From NCBI RefSeq assembly GCF_009914755.1, contig NC_060928.1: a DNA stretch of 64,000 nt. One strand, given 5' to 3'. The notes beneath the pieces were generated by a model, which saw only the letters and a program-made list of their open reading frames with translations, ran no database searches and had not been told where the DNA came from. Positions within the stretch are counted from its first letter, which is position 1. Each line of letters opens with the position of its first letter. This stretch comes from the human T2T-CHM13v2.0 reference genome, Homo sapiens. The position numbers and the translations under genes were made by a program. Below, in pieces: positions 38,461 to 53,091 of the stretch.

Positions 38461-40327
38461 TTGTTTATGCATATCTTCATATATATAGTATAATTTAGAT
38501 TTTATTTTCTCCTCTTATTAAAGTATAGTTTGTCACTTCTTCAAGAAGTCAGAACTAAACTAGGGAGGGAATTAAAGAACTTGTAGAGAGTTCAAAATGA
38601 AGCCACAAATGGTGGTTTGTAGAGGGTTCAAAGGTTAGCCACAAAAATGGCTTGGGTATGATGGGAAGTAGAAATGGGATTGGGAAGAAGGGAAGAGAAG
38701 GATAAAAGACACAGACTAAAAAGGCCACATCATTAGTTCTACCAGAGGTTTTAGGGGAGATTTGATGAATCTGTGTGTCTACAAAGGCTCTTTCCCGCAG
38801 CAGGGGGATCAGTCTTTCTACAGCAACCAAAAAATAGAAGTGACTTCAAAGTCTAGTATAGGGAATAGGAGGAGAAATTTTCTTTTAGAAACAGTGGAAG
38901 GGGAGACTTAAAGAGTTGTGAAAGCTGGGAGATTTCCATGTGCCTGCAATGATTTGTTACTTTGGAAACAGAATAGAATCAGTGTTAAAAGCCAGATTTC
39001 TGAAAGGACAAGAGGTGTAGACCACAGAAAATTACCAGAGGCCACTGTCAGAAAATTACCCTAGCATTAAACAAAGTTAACCAGGGAAACCCACATAAGC
39101 TGAGTTATAAGCTTCTTTTTAGGTGTGAAAGTCAATGTTCTCTGATCAATCCACACCTGTGACAGAACCCTGGCCCAGACTGTCCTCAGAACACCAAAGG
39201 TGGCCAGGTCAATGGCCCTCATTTTTTTTTCAAGATTATGAGAGGTTTGGAGGAGTTTGTCAAAGAGCCATCAAACTGGCGACATTACTAGGGAACTTGG
39301 ATCATAGAGACAGAAAGTTTAAAAGAGAATTGCAATTATTTCATCTACTATTGGGAAGAAGGAATAAGATAACATGACCTAATTGTTTGACTCTCTTTCA
39401 AATAGGAAAAATATTAATTAAAAAATACAGTCCAGAGACAATTTAAGTTAAATTGTTTAGTGACATTGGAAAAACACCAGAAGAGAACTCAAATATGATA
39501 GCGTCAGAAAAAAAAAATTTTTTGGTGGATAAATAAAATCTCTACCCATTGGAATCTAACTAATTCCAATCCTAAATTAATCAGAGTTTACACTTAAGGA
39601 AAAGTGTGGAACATGTGCCCCTAGCAGAGAATTCTTAACAGAATAAACCATCAGTCTGATCTGGTATGGCAATTCCCACATGTTTATTTATTTGTGTTTA
39701 AAAGCCATGAGTATCTTGAAAATCAGCCCTGTTGCCCACATCTACAATTTAGAATGACAGCCCCAAGTATTGCTGGATTCTAAGTCAACCAAAAAATACT
39801 CCTTCATGCTTAGTGTAATCCTCTTAGAATGGCAGGAACAACCAATGTTATAGTTTAGGAAGAATTTTCAAACATGGGGGTAGATGGTCAATGAGGTTTT
39901 CTGTGATTGTTTTTCTTTTTGGATAAGGCTTCCTTTGACAAGAAAAATAAACCAGAATATACTTCATTCATTAATTTATTCATGTATGTAATCACTCCAC
40001 AAGTGGTTACCGAACACATGATATGTGCCAGGCACAGTATTGGTTGTGAAGGATGAGGAATAAAGTCCAGGTCCTGCCCTCAGGAAGTTTGCAGTCTAAC
40101 CAAAGACACCTACCTTTTGGGTGCTTTTATGAAATGTACTACCAATATTAAATGTGCTGAAAAGTCAAATAGAGCTGATTTCATCTATTTCTCCAAATTA
40201 ATATTTTTATCCATTCTGCAATGTCTTTGCAGTATATATATTTTCTTTTTTTAAAGTTTTCTTCCTGGTATCTGGTATGCAGCTAAACAGTATCAGTTTC
40301 TTAATATGGATTAATTTCCCAGAGAGT

Positions 40328-40728
40328 TGTGTTGGCTTCCCTTTGCCCCTCCAGGTCCGCTCTCTGCCCTTCTCCATCCAGCTCTGCCTGGGAGGCTGGT
40401 CTGTGTGCCCTCTGGCTTTGGGTTGGGTTCAGCCAGTGAGAGGGGTGGCGGGAGATGAATGGGTGAGGCGATACTATGATTGGGGTGTTTATTTCCCCAC
40501 TGCCTCCCATCCTTTATCTCTCGACAAAGACTTAAGCAGGAAACCCTCTCCAAACACCACCCTTCATGTCTGAAGCTGGAATGGCTGCCTGCTATTGCGA
40601 GTAAGGGGAACTGCACTATACCTTTTGGTTTCCTAAATCCAATTTACATTTTTGTAAATAGTCCCTCTATTAAACCCTCCTCAAATTACCTAGCTTAAGG
40701 GTACTGTCTATTTCATGCCTTCCTGATA
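40328..40728 (+). mobile_element. LTR33-like ERVL LTR
   Basis: tgtgttggcttccctttgcccctccaggtccgctctctgcccttctcc...gccctctggctttgggttgggttcagcca...tttgtaaatagtccctctattaaaccctcctcaaattacc. Confidence 0.7.
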
Positions 40729-43063
40729 GAGACTAGGGAAAGCCTTCTTCATTAAAGGAAAAAACAAAATATTTATTCTAGATTATTTCTGGGACCAGCA
40801 TTAATGGAATGCTTAGAGAAAGCCTTAATTTAAATAACCCTTGTTCATAATTATTCTGTTTTGATATGTAAATTAGTAGCACTCAGTGAGACATAATCAG
40901 ATCGTAGATTTTAAAAACTTTCTTATTTCTTTCACCACCTAGGAAACCATAGACATGCTAACTCCATGTCATTGCTAAATTCCCAACCTTAACGTAGTCC
41001 CTTGCCCCAGAGCTGGGAACAGTGGTCTTCCATATTCAAGTTCAACTTGATGTGAGTTCCCAGGACAGGTCCTGACCTCAGATATCAGGGACTCCGCATC
41101 AAGACTCACTGGTTTCTAGCCTGGCTGCAACCAGGTTTCCTCTCCTTACTCCCATGTCTCTCTGTCCATTCTCTCTGGGACTCAAAAATCCTGCTTTCAT
41201 CAATACCCTGCCCAGGAATTCTGCTGCCCATGGGTGGCTGCCCCTAGCTGGGGTGCAATGATGGGTCCTGGGTCTCTGCTAACCAACCACCTGTGCTAGC
41301 TGCTAGTGTGACTGGGATAGGGCCTGGTCTGCACTTCCCATCCTGCCTTTGTATGGCACCATACCCACATTGAGCATATGGAGATACAGCACTTCCAAAA
41401 ATGCCAACTCACTCGTTTATTGAGTGGCTATTCTGTTTCAGGAACTGTTCTGTGTTCTGAGGAGGTTGGTTTCATATTACATTTAAAAAGTAGGAATAAA
41501 TGAATACATTCCACTCTTAGAAGCAAAAGGAAGGGAGATAGCTTATCTACTTAAGCCTTAGCTTTAATTCATTATGTGGGTTTCTTCCTTTTCCTTTGAA
41601 TACACATCTATCACATCCCTTTTGTTTTCTTTTAAAGATAGTTTGCTTTCCCTTCATAGATAAGTAAAGCAATTATATATTTAAATGATTATATCAAAAA
41701 ATCTGATTCTACTGCAATTCTAGAACTAGTGTTTACTTTCAAAGACCATAGGTCTGAAATCATCAAAACTCTACTTTCAAACGCTCATAATTTAGATTGT
41801 GAGATATAGTCAGTATTTTGCCCACTTCTATATAATGAGGATATTTCTGTCTTTTCGCTAGCTACACAAACTGGCCCTGACTTGCTGATATATGTTTAAC
41901 AAATTCTTCTGAATAAAATAGCCTGTACAACAGCTTTAGTGACAGGTTGCTGTCCACTTAACAGATTTTAAAGTTTTATTTACTAAAGCTGTTTGGGAAA
42001 GTTTTTATGTACAGTTTGGGTGACAGTTCTTTTTGTTTCTTAATTCCACTACTCATGATTTGATGTGTATAACCATTTCTTTTCTTTTTAAAGGTGAGGA
42101 CACATGGTGAATAGAGGGCTTGCTGGCAATTGGTTCACAAGCTGAGGAGGGCACAAAGGCCAGATATTTCATCTGAAGAGTTCACAGGCTATTAAAAACA
42201 TTAACAAGATTTTACTGCCTCACCTAGGATGGAAATAATTGCTTTAAAGTGAACTGGCATTAAAGTGAACACGTCAAGACTACCTACTTGGAAGCTACAG
42301 GAGACAGAAACAGAAAACACGACTCCTGAATCATGTTCCATTACTTTAATCGCTAAACACTGCTCCGTTTAAGCTAAAGAGATATAATGGTACATTTGAC
42401 AGATGCCTTCACATCAAGATGAGATAGGGCCCTGAAAGTCGCATGTTGAACCTTTCTTACCTTCTACGAGGATGTCACTCAAAATCTTTTCTCAATTCCT
42501 CTTCATTGGCTGATTACACAATACAGAGTCATTCCTAGTGCAGCCCAACCCTCTCCCCAGGTGAACCTTGCTTTACACAAAACACCTGTGTATAAATAAC
42601 CTGGTAATCATTCAAGTTGTATTCTAAATGCACCACAGAGATCTCACTTTTTAAGGAACACTGAAATAAATGCTTTAGTGAAGCAGAATAGCCCTTTTGT
42701 AATGTAAACAATATAAGCCTAGATAAAGCTTCCAATTTACCTAAGTTTAGATTTTTGCATATTGGGTTTCATTAAAGCAGCATATATCTGTAAAAGAAAA
42801 TATTGTAAGCCTCAGCCCTTTGTCAATCATAATGGTTTTTAAAAATCCCATTAGTTTGAATAATTAAATACCAAAAAATACTTTCCGCCTGTATTAAAAT
42901 TTCTGATTTTAATAGAAAAACCAACAGAATGACTGTTTTTAAGCTTCTAGTTCAATCTTATTTTAAAATGACAAACAGTATAATGACTAACATCATGCAG
43001 AAAGTACACTGCAGAGTGGGGTAGTAACTAACAAAATATGGCCATGATCTACCTTTAGGACTA

Positions 43064-43466
<403 letters not shown>

Positions 43467-45129
43467 CTAAACAGGCAATGTGTTATTGTTACAACTTGAC
43501 AACTACGCAGGTCCACAAAGGAATGGAAGCTGAGAAATGTGGAGTAACATGTTCAATGTCACATGGGTTCTAAGCAGAGAGGTCAGAATTCAAACTCAGA
43601 TTTCTGCATCTGAAATAAGTGTTTTTAACCCCTCTGCCTACCATTTGATTGAAACTTAAATTGTAGATGTTTGAACATTTTGATTGACAAGGATGGATTT
43701 TCAAATGGTTTGACCGAAAACCTCTCTCTACCACACAGAAATCAAAGTGGGAAAAGGTAGCCATGACCCACGGTGACCTGAGTCTGTTTTATAGGACCAG
43801 AAAGAGCCCCAGGCTGTTTTTTCTCTTCTGCCCCACACGTTTCCATGCTACACCCACCCACTTTTGGATGTACTCTGCACAGTTGCCTTTTTATTCAGGA
43901 ATCTTTAGAGGGCACCATCTGTTCACCAGGCCCTGTGTGACGCGCTGGAGTTACCAACCTGAGTACAACTTAGTCCCTGACCTTGAGAAGTCCGCATTAT
44001 TACCCTTCAGGGAACAAAGCAAGAGTATAGAAATTGCATGAGCGGAAAATCATTTCAGGGATGGATCCAGCTGCTTTTGCACATGTGAGAATGGCCATGC
44101 CAACTTAGGGTACCCCCTCAAAGAGGGGGTGAAGGAAGGGCACCTGAGCCCCACTGCCTGTCCCTCCCCATCCTGTGTCCTCTCCAGGACATGCTGATTG
44201 CCACTGTCTCTTCACCCCGGCAGCTAAAGAAAGTTGCATGGGACGTGGTGGGGAAGGAAATCAAAAGTCTAGAACCCACACGGAATGCTGGTCATTCTTC
44301 ATCTCTCATTTGTCGCTCTAACAACATGTCATTTCACGGCTCAAGTGAAGCCACGTTTCACTGTAGTTTATTCTCTCAGAAGCTGAAGCCCCACGCTCTG
44401 GTTTCTATCCCACGTACTGTATTTAATTTTAGCAAAATCCTAGTAAATAAAATAATTTGGAAAAATATGGAAGTTAATGAGATTTAGCTTATATACCCAT
44501 AGACTCATGCATTTATTATGGAGAGTTTATTAAAGTGAGTTGATATTTCATATAGCTTTAAAACAAACACACCAACCCAGTTATTTCTTCCAGAATATTG
44601 CCCACAGAACTGTGGGCGGCATACTCCTGCCCAGTATACATGATTTCACACACTTCTCATAGCCTTGAATGTTTGCTTTCAGAAGAGGATCTTTTCAAAT
44701 GTTTTAGGCTGGACATTAAATTCAGTCCGTTATTGTGTTTAGTTCAGAGCAGAAAACAAACTCACTTTGAACATTGCAGTGGATTTTTGCTTAATAGAGA
44801 CACATCCTTCACTTATGGCCAGCCCTTGGCACTAAGAAAACAAACCTCATTTATCCTGCACGTGAGGTGAGATGTCATTAAGTTGGAAATTATTAATGAC
44901 AACTAATGGTTGGTAGTTATTAATGACATTTGTGAGAGCAGGATAAAAACAATAATTACCATAATTTGAGGTGTCATGAATAAGCAGTAATTGTAATAGT
45001 GATTATTATTATAATAATGAGTGAGAAAATGATTTTAGGTTATTAAATCAGCAAGAATAAAGGAAGCCTGCACATGTATATATGTATATTTGATTGTGGA
45101 AAGTTGCCAGATAAAAACAATAGTCACTC

Positions 45130-46066
45130 TCTCTTTTTTACCCGCTTTGGTGTTTTTATTTTATTTTTTAAAAAATTTGTGTGGGTCCTTAGTAGGTGTA
45201 TATATGTATGTGGTACATGGTACATGGTATGTTTTGATACAGGCATGCAATGTGAAATAAGAACATCATGGGAAAAGGGATATCCATCCCTCCAAGCACT
45301 TATCCTTTGAGTTACCAACAATCTAATTACTCTCTTAGTTATTTTTAAATGTACAATTAAATTATTATTGACTATAGCCACCCTGTTTTGCTATCAAATA
45401 GTAGGTCTTATTCTTTCTATTTTTTGTACCCATTAAGCACCCCCTTCTCCCCTCCAATCCCCTACTACGCTTCCCAGCATCTAATAATCATCTTTCTACT
45501 CTCTATGTCCATGAGTTCAATTGTTTTGATTTTCAGATCCCTCAAATAAGTGAGAACACATGATGTTTTTCTTTCTGTGCCTGGCTTATTTCACTGAATA
45601 TAATGATCTCCAGTTCCATCCATGTTGTTGCAAATGACTGGATCTCATTTTTTTTAAGGCTGAATAGTTCTCCATTGTGGTATACGTGGTACACCACCTC
45701 CATTGTGGTATATGTACCACATTTTCTTTATCCATTCATCTGTTGATGGACACTTAGGTTCCTTCCAAATCTTAGTTATTGTAAATAGTGCTGCAACATA
45801 CATGGGAGTGCAGATATATCTTCAATATACTGATTTCCTTTCTTTTGGGTATATACCCAACAGTGGGATTGCTGGATCATATGGTAGCTCAATGTTTAGT
45901 TTTTCGAGGAACTTCCAAACTGTTCTCCATGGTGGTTGCACTAATTTACATACCCACCAACAGCGTACAAGGGTTCCCTTTTCCCGCCACATCCTCACCA
46001 GCATTTGTTATTCCTTGTTTTTTTTATAGAAGCCATTTTAATTGGGGTGAGATGATATCTCATTGT
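45130..46066 (-). mobile_element. 5'-truncated L1MA-type element (3' UTR and ORF2 end)
   Basis: ORF 45822-46004 (MWREKGTLVRCWWVCKLVQPPWRTVWKFLEKLNIELPYDPAIPLLGIYPKE) is the L1 ORF2 C-terminus; possible TSD caatagtcact/caaaagtcact. Confidence 0.9.
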
Positions 46067-46581
46067 CAAAAGTCACTATTGATTGAGGGCTTACCGTGTG
46101 CCAGGCACTGTGCCAAAGATGTGGCACACATTATCTCATTTAATCCACAGCAACTCTGCAAGCAGATATTATTGGTAGCATTATTATCTTTGATATACAA
46201 ATGAGAAAATGGAGGCTCGGAGCAGTTACGCAATTTGACAATGGTAAGTAAATAGCTGGTAACTGGCAAAAAAGGGGTTTAAAGCTGGTCTAGCTAACAC
46301 CAAAGTCCATGCAATTAGCCAGTATTCTTTGTTAACTGAAAATCAATGAATATATCGTGTTGCATAGGACAATGCTGGCACTTGCTCTACTGCCAATTGC
46401 CCCAAGGGGATAGGTCTGACTGATAAGTCATCTTAGACCCAAGGGTCCCAGCTGGCATGAAGACCTTTCCACAGACCAGTATGGTGACAACCCCACAAGG
46501 ACAGGCCACAGACTCCTCAATGGAGAAGCACTGAATATTTCTGTAAGGAGGAAGATGTGGTTACTCTCCTGGGTTGGGTAT

Positions 46582-47134
46582 AAAGCCTTCTAAAACCGGG
46601 CCTCATGGGGTTTTGTCGAATCCAAGTACTAATAAGGCCTGACTCTGCTTAGCTTCCAAGATCAGACTAGATGGAGTGTGATCAGGGTGGTGATGTAGTT
46701 TGGATATTTGTCCCCTCCAAATCTCATGTTGAAATTTGATCCCCAGTGTTAGAGATAGGACCTAAAGAAATGTGTCTGAATCATGGGAGCAGATCCTTCA
46801 TGAATGGCTTCGTGACATCCTCATGGTAATAAGTGAGTTCTCGCTCTGTTAGTTTCCTCAAGAACTGATAGTAAAAAAGAGATTGGCAGCTCCCTCCTGT
46901 CTCTCTTCCTTCTTCTTTCACCATGTGATCTGCACATTCCTGCTCCCCTTTGTCTTCCACCATGAATGGAAGCTTCCTAAGACCCTCATCAGAGGCAGAT
47001 GCCAGCACCATGCTTCTTGTACGTCCTGCAGAACTGTGAGCCAAATAAACCTTTTTTCTTTATAAATTACCCAGCCTCAGGTATTCCTTTATAGCAACAA
47101 AATACAAACTAAGACTGGTGGTATGGCTGTAAAC
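46582..47134 (-). pseudogene. 5S rRNA pseudogene split by an MST LTR (pieces 46582-46690 and 47117-47134)
   Basis: atccaagtactaataaggcctgactctgcttagcttccaagatcagactagatggagtgtgatcagggtgg | tatggctgtaaac aligns to the reverse complement of 5S rRNA (ATCCAAGTACTAACCAGGCCCGACCCTGCTTAGCTTCCGAGATCAGACGAGATCGGGCGCGTTCAGGGTGGTATGGCCGTAGAC). The segment 46582-46619 (aaagcct...) is more degenerate. Confidence 0.88.
46691..47116 (+). mobile_element. MST (MSTB-like) solo LTR
   Basis: tgatgtagtttggatatttgtcccctccaaatctcatgttgaaatttgatcccc...taaattacccagcctcaggtattcctttatagcaac...ctaagact; perfect TSD ggtgg at 46686-46690 and 47117-47121. Confidence 0.92.
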
Positions 47135-47241
47135 CTCCTTGGGGTTTTCTGATCAGAGCTATGATCTAAGCCACATCTTGACTCTCCCTACAGGCAGGCA
47201 GCAAATTCACTTCCCTCCATCCACAATTATGTGTGTGTTCA

Positions 47242-47568
<327 letters not shown>

Positions 47569-50185
47569 GAATGTACGTAGGGCTGCAAAGTCATCATGAA
47601 CATATCTATTAAAAATCAAAGTTCTGAGTTCTCCGGAGATTTGTTTTAAAAGTCACTCTCCTAGCTTCTATTTTTGAAAGATATTAGTTGGGTGTTTTTT
47701 CTTATTTGACACTGGGATAATAGGATTGTTGGCTAATATTTTATCTACCACAGACTTACCTATATATCAACAAGAGTTATCAGTTTTGCAATGAATTATA
47801 AGAAAATCACATACACTTAATCCTAAGCTTGCAGTGAGTGTTATTTTATCCCTGACGATTGTACAGACATTTCAGGATCTCGTGGTACCTTGGAGTCATC
47901 ATTAAGAGCATCACTTGTCACTGTGCAGGAAATATACAGCCATTTGAGCATCACACATGGGCTTTTGGATAAATGGGCACTCACGGCTGACTTTGAAAAA
48001 TGATTCATAAGAACTAATGAGAGCTCAAAATGGTGGAAAGTTCACTTTAATGCAGAGGAAATATGAACCTTTTGACTAAGAGCACAATAGTGTGCCTGTT
48101 CACCTCATGAAAATATGATTATATTCTACAGCAAATGGGCAGAAATAGGAGTGGCATGTACTTCTGGGCTTCAGAGTCCATCCCACAATTAGTTGTGTAG
48201 CATTTTCTGATCTGGTGGAGTCACATGGTTTCAGGATGTATATTGGAGTTCTTTTCCTTAGAATTTATTTCCAAACTAAAGCAAGGAGGCTAATCAAAAT
48301 AACTTTTGGCTGGAAGCCGTGGTAACCCATTGGAAAAAGGGGACCTGCAGGATAAGGACACATTTTTTTGTTTAATGAATTAACTCAGAGAGCTAAATGG
48401 GAGAACACACGTACCTCCCATGAGCAAAGAGGCCCGGCTTCCCTGGAACCATGTGATGCTAAAGTTAACATTCTGAATTGTAGGCCAACAAACTCTGGTT
48501 GCAAATAGGTGGCTTACATAAAAAATTAAACAGTAGTGAAAGACACTGAATGATCAGCGTTATGAAATTTGCAATTTTCCCGCATCATGCATTTTGGGTT
48601 AGATTTCTTAAGTTAATATCATGAGCATTATTTCGGTCAGGTTCGTGTACATGTTTAAATAAAACAGTGCTCATGTAGAACCATGTTAAAATGCTACTAC
48701 TCAGGAATGTGAAACAACCATACTGTGGACTTTCTGTTTTGTGATGAGCTACACGTGACGAGAAGACTTCTCTGCAGAAATGCAGTGATTTTGCACATTT
48801 TCTCGTTTGTTCTTCGCTGAAGTTCTCAGAGGTAGGCAGGGCAGGGATTATGTTTATGGCAAGAGTGATGTGATAAAAATAATGAGAAAAAAAGAGTTTC
48901 ATAAAACCAGTAAAGTTCAATTTATAACCAGAGTGTCCCAGCACACCTGGCAGAAACACATTGCAGTGCTCAATAGATAAAATGATGTGCCACATTTGGA
49001 TGAAGTTCTCATTAGCAATTCTCCCTCTTATAACAACTTCATAGATTTTACTGCTCCTTCCCTTATTTATCTCCACTAGGAACATTTTCATCAAAACTGG
49101 GTATTTGGTGCTTAAGAGTTCTCCTGACACTGCTTCTTACTCACCAAATAGAGACATAATCCTTAGTATGTAACTTCAAAATCCTTTACACAATAACCAA
49201 TTGCTTCCCCAAAGAGGATTGTGACTTTAGATGGAGAATAAGCTGCTGAAGCAAATTAACTCTCAAGAAATGAAAGTCCTGTTTCTGTGCACTTGGAGGC
49301 AGGGAAAGAAAAATCCAGAGGCTATCACACAAATGCCAACGCATTCTTTTTTCTGCCTATAGAATTTCAGGACCAGATAGGTTACGTACAAAGTCACTCT
49401 GCCCTCTTATTCAAAGCTCACAGGCGGGAGAGAATGAGTGGGACTCCTTCCCTGGAATCATTCGGCATCTTTCAGCAAATTTGCCTGAGAGGCTGGGGCT
49501 CTTCAAGACCTCCTTAATTCTCTAACGGAAACAGTACCCAAACCATTTCATTTACTTTCCCCTTTAGATTGTTATGCACTAGTTGAATCTCAGAGGTAAA
49601 GGAAGCCAGCATATGTCATTTAGTTTGGAAAAAAGAAAACACAGATACACATTTTGAAAGTGTTATATGTATTCACATAATTAACATGTTTTCCCTCAAG
49701 GTCGAATTAGCAAAGATGAAAGCAAATTCACGAGAGCATGAAAATGCCACATCAAGTCAGCCAAGTCCTCGATCTCCATCTGTGCTCAATCCGTACAGGG
49801 GCACCAATCAACAGGATGGGCGAGGTGTGTGGAGGTAAAAGAGCTTGGTGACCAAGGTCACAGCTCTGAGTCCCAGCAACACAGATGGGTAAGTTCCAGC
49901 AAGTCACTCATCTCTCTGACCCTAGCTTTCCTCATTTGGACCATGAGGCGTGCGATGATACTTGCTGCCTCCTACTCCAAGGGATTGTTTTGAAAGACAA
50001 ATTAGATGATGGATATGAATGTATTTTGTTAACAGTACAGTTAACTTCCTTGCACAAAGCAAAGTATCCAGATATCTGGAAGGAAGTATTAAGAGATGCT
50101 CCCAGGGCTCATTCTGCCAGTGCCATGGACTCTCAGTCCAGTGTTCTTCCACTGCATGACCATCAGTATGTGTCTCAGGCCCCCC

Positions 50186-50483
50186 TTGTTTGTTTGTTTG
50201 TAGACAGGGTCTTTCTCTGGTGCCGAGGCTGTAGTGGAGGGGACATGATTTGAGCTCACTACTGCCTGGATTGCCCAGGTTCAAGTGATCCTCACACCTC
50301 AGCCTCCCGAGTAGCTAGGACTATAGGCACATGCCACCATGCCCAGATAATTTTCATATTTTTTGTAGAGACAGGGTTTCACCATGTTGTCCAGGCTTGT
50401 CTTGAACTCCTGAGCTCAAGCGGTCTGCCTGACTCAGCCTCCCAAAGCACTGGGATTACAGGCGTGAGCCACCGTGCCTGGCC
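50186..50483 (-). mobile_element. Alu (AluJ-like, diverged)
   Basis: gacagggtct...tcaagtgatcctcacacctcagcctcccgagtagctaggactatagg...gaactcctgagctcaagc. Confidence 0.9.
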
Positions 50484-51079
50484 CTCTCAGGTCCTTTAAA
50501 TCCATGATTTCATTTAAGGTGACCATCCTGGGTGGCATTCCCAGAAGCAAAGCCTGAGATGGAGACTCTTGTGTAAGTGCACATGGAGACAGCACTCTCA
50601 GGAGAGGTCTCCAGAGAAGACAGGAGAGGAAATCAAGCAAAGGTGTCATGTCCACTGAAGTCCAGGCTTAGGCTGATCCCATATATGTCTGGAGCATGAG
50701 TGACACCACAGCATGAGGGAAGGGCTGGCCTTTTGTTTCCCTGTACCAGTCAATCCTTGGGTTGGGCTGCAGCCACCCCTTTCTACCTGCCCACAGTGAA
50801 GATAGAATGGGGGTACCATCACTTCCCAGGCATTTCAGGTGATGCAGTTCTCCAGGCAGAGGACGAATTCTCCAAAGGGGCAGCTGTGGGCTGTTGGTAG
50901 CCAGCCCTCCAAGCAACTGTGGGATGTGTCTTGTGGCTTGTGTGGGCCACCAGCAACATTTACTACAGATGGGGAAACTGAGGCTCAGAGAGGGTAAGGA
51001 ATTTGTCAGCCTTAGGCCTTCACTCTTGCCTTTTCTTCTGCCCAGAACTCTCTTCACCTTCCTGGAAGCTTGCCAATTC

Positions 51080-51402
51080 TTTTTGTTTGTTTGTTTCTTG
51101 TTTTTTGTTTTTTTGTTTTGAGACACAGTCTTGCTCTGTTGCCCAGGCTGGAGTGCAGTGGTACAATCTCCACTCACTGCAACCTCTGCCTCCTGGGTTC
51201 AAGCGATTCTCCCTGCCTCAGCCTCCTGAGTAGCTGGGATTACAGGCACCTGCCACCATGCCCAGCTAATTTTTATGTTTTTAGTAGAGATGGGGTTTCA
51301 CCATGTTGACCAGGCTGGTCTCAAACTCCTGACCTAAGGTGATCTGCCCACCTTGGCCTCCCAAAGTGCTGGGATTACAGGCATGAACTGGCACACCTGG
51401 TA
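51080..51402 (-). mobile_element. Alu (AluS-like)
   Basis: Reverse dimer; TSD cttgccaattctt. Confidence 0.95.
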
Positions 51403-52597
51403 CTTGCCAATTCTTATTGGTTTTGTTATAAATTTCAGCTTAAATATCACTCCCCTCAAAAAATCTTCCTTCATGCACCCGGATTAGTTTAGTCCCTCTG
51501 GACGCTTTCACAGCACCCTGTGCTTGCCCCTGGAGGCACTTATCAAAATTTTAATTTAAATAATTATTTCTGCAATCATTTATTTATATCTACCTTCTCC
51601 ACTAAACCCTATGAAGACAGGAACCATGCATGTCTTGACAGGCCCTCTTCCATCTTGACGCTACGCTATCTGGAACATGTGGCCTCCGGGAGCACCAAAT
51701 CAAGAAACACTACCAGAACCCTGCTGTGTCGCTCAGTGCAAATGCATAGCAGGTGTTTAACAGCACTATGTATTTGTTGGATGAATGATGGAACACACTG
51801 GTAAGGGGAGCTCAAAACCAGGTCTCTCTATCTCAAAACCATATTCTTTTTCCACTCTGCTTTCAACCATGCACAAGTCTTGCTTATTTCTATGTAATGT
51901 TTGTATACATTTTTGAAAATCCAGTCTCAGAATTCAATTTCCTGCTATATTTATCTTACACCATACCTTATGCCAATAACTAAAGTGCTATAGAAAGTAG
52001 TGTTTTGGTTCTTTATCTTAAAACGACTTATTTCAGGTTTCAGGGTGTGTTCCTTTGTAGAATTTTGCAAGTTTCAGTGAGCCAGACTGTGTCTTCCTCT
52101 CCTTCTGTCCCTTTCATAATATAAACCCTTTGATCACATCTTGCTCAGCCTTTGTGCTTTCAGGCTGAAGAGTTCCAATCATTTCAGCTTCTCTTTGTAC
52201 AAAAATCACATTTACTTGATCATTTTCATTCTCCTCTGGATGTTTTCCAGCTCTTTATATCTTTCTTGAGGAGAAATACAACTTCAGCTGGGCTTTGATA
52301 ATCCCTTATTGATTCTTTAGTTAGCACAGGCCTGACAGCAGTTGCTTCAGATCATGGATTCTCTTCTCCAGCCCCAGCTCCTATGACCACTCCCCAGCTA
52401 GTGAGCTCAGTGATCAGCCCCTCACCTTCCACCAGTGAGAAGATCAGCTCATCCTACAGGAGCCCTCAACCTCGACTTTCGTCCTCTCAGCCTTTCCTCT
52501 GCTTTCAGGTCAAGAATTGTTCTCCCTTCTAAATCCCACTCTTTCCTGAATCCTGACAGACTTCTCCCTCTCTCTCTATCATCTCTTTATTTCCTTA

Positions 52598-53091
52598 TGT
52601 TACCAAAACATCAGGGGATTGGTCTAGGTCCTGCTGCTCACACCACAGAAAGCCAATCACTGAGACAATGAATACTGCCAAAGAAGAAGGCTTTAGTTGG
52701 GTGCTGCAGCCAAGGAGATGGGAGATAAGTCTCAAGTCGATCTTCCTGACCAACTAAAATTAGAGGTTTATATAGCAGGGAACAAATGTAACTACATGAG
52801 GGGAAACAGGAATTAGGGAGGGGTGAGGAAGAAGAGTAGGTCAATAGGATGCAGGTGATGGGTTAGGCAATCATGACAGGTGAGGGGTCTGATCATTGTC
52901 CAGGTGCCATGATCTGGGAAGTTTTAGTTCCTTGATACTATCAGGGAGGCCTGATGATTGGTTTCCTAAGAAAGGAACTCAGATAAGACAAATGTAACTT
53001 TCTCAAATTTCAAGACAAGGAGGGTCAATCTCTATGTTTATTCAAAAGAAACCATAAACATCAGTTCTATAGGACAACTGGGTTGGTTTCA
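52598..53091 (-). mobile_element. ERV1-class solo LTR (MER4-group; possibly MER66-like)
   Basis: tgttaccaaaacatcaggggattggtctaggtcctgctgctc ... ggttggtttca; TG...CA ends and 4-bp TSD ctta/ctta typical of ERV1. Confidence 0.8.

Noticed and set aside
48585-49130. 181-aa minus-strand ORF
   Set aside because: Non-ATG start, no recognisable domain, composition typical of translated AT-rich non-coding DNA, and no supporting exon structure.
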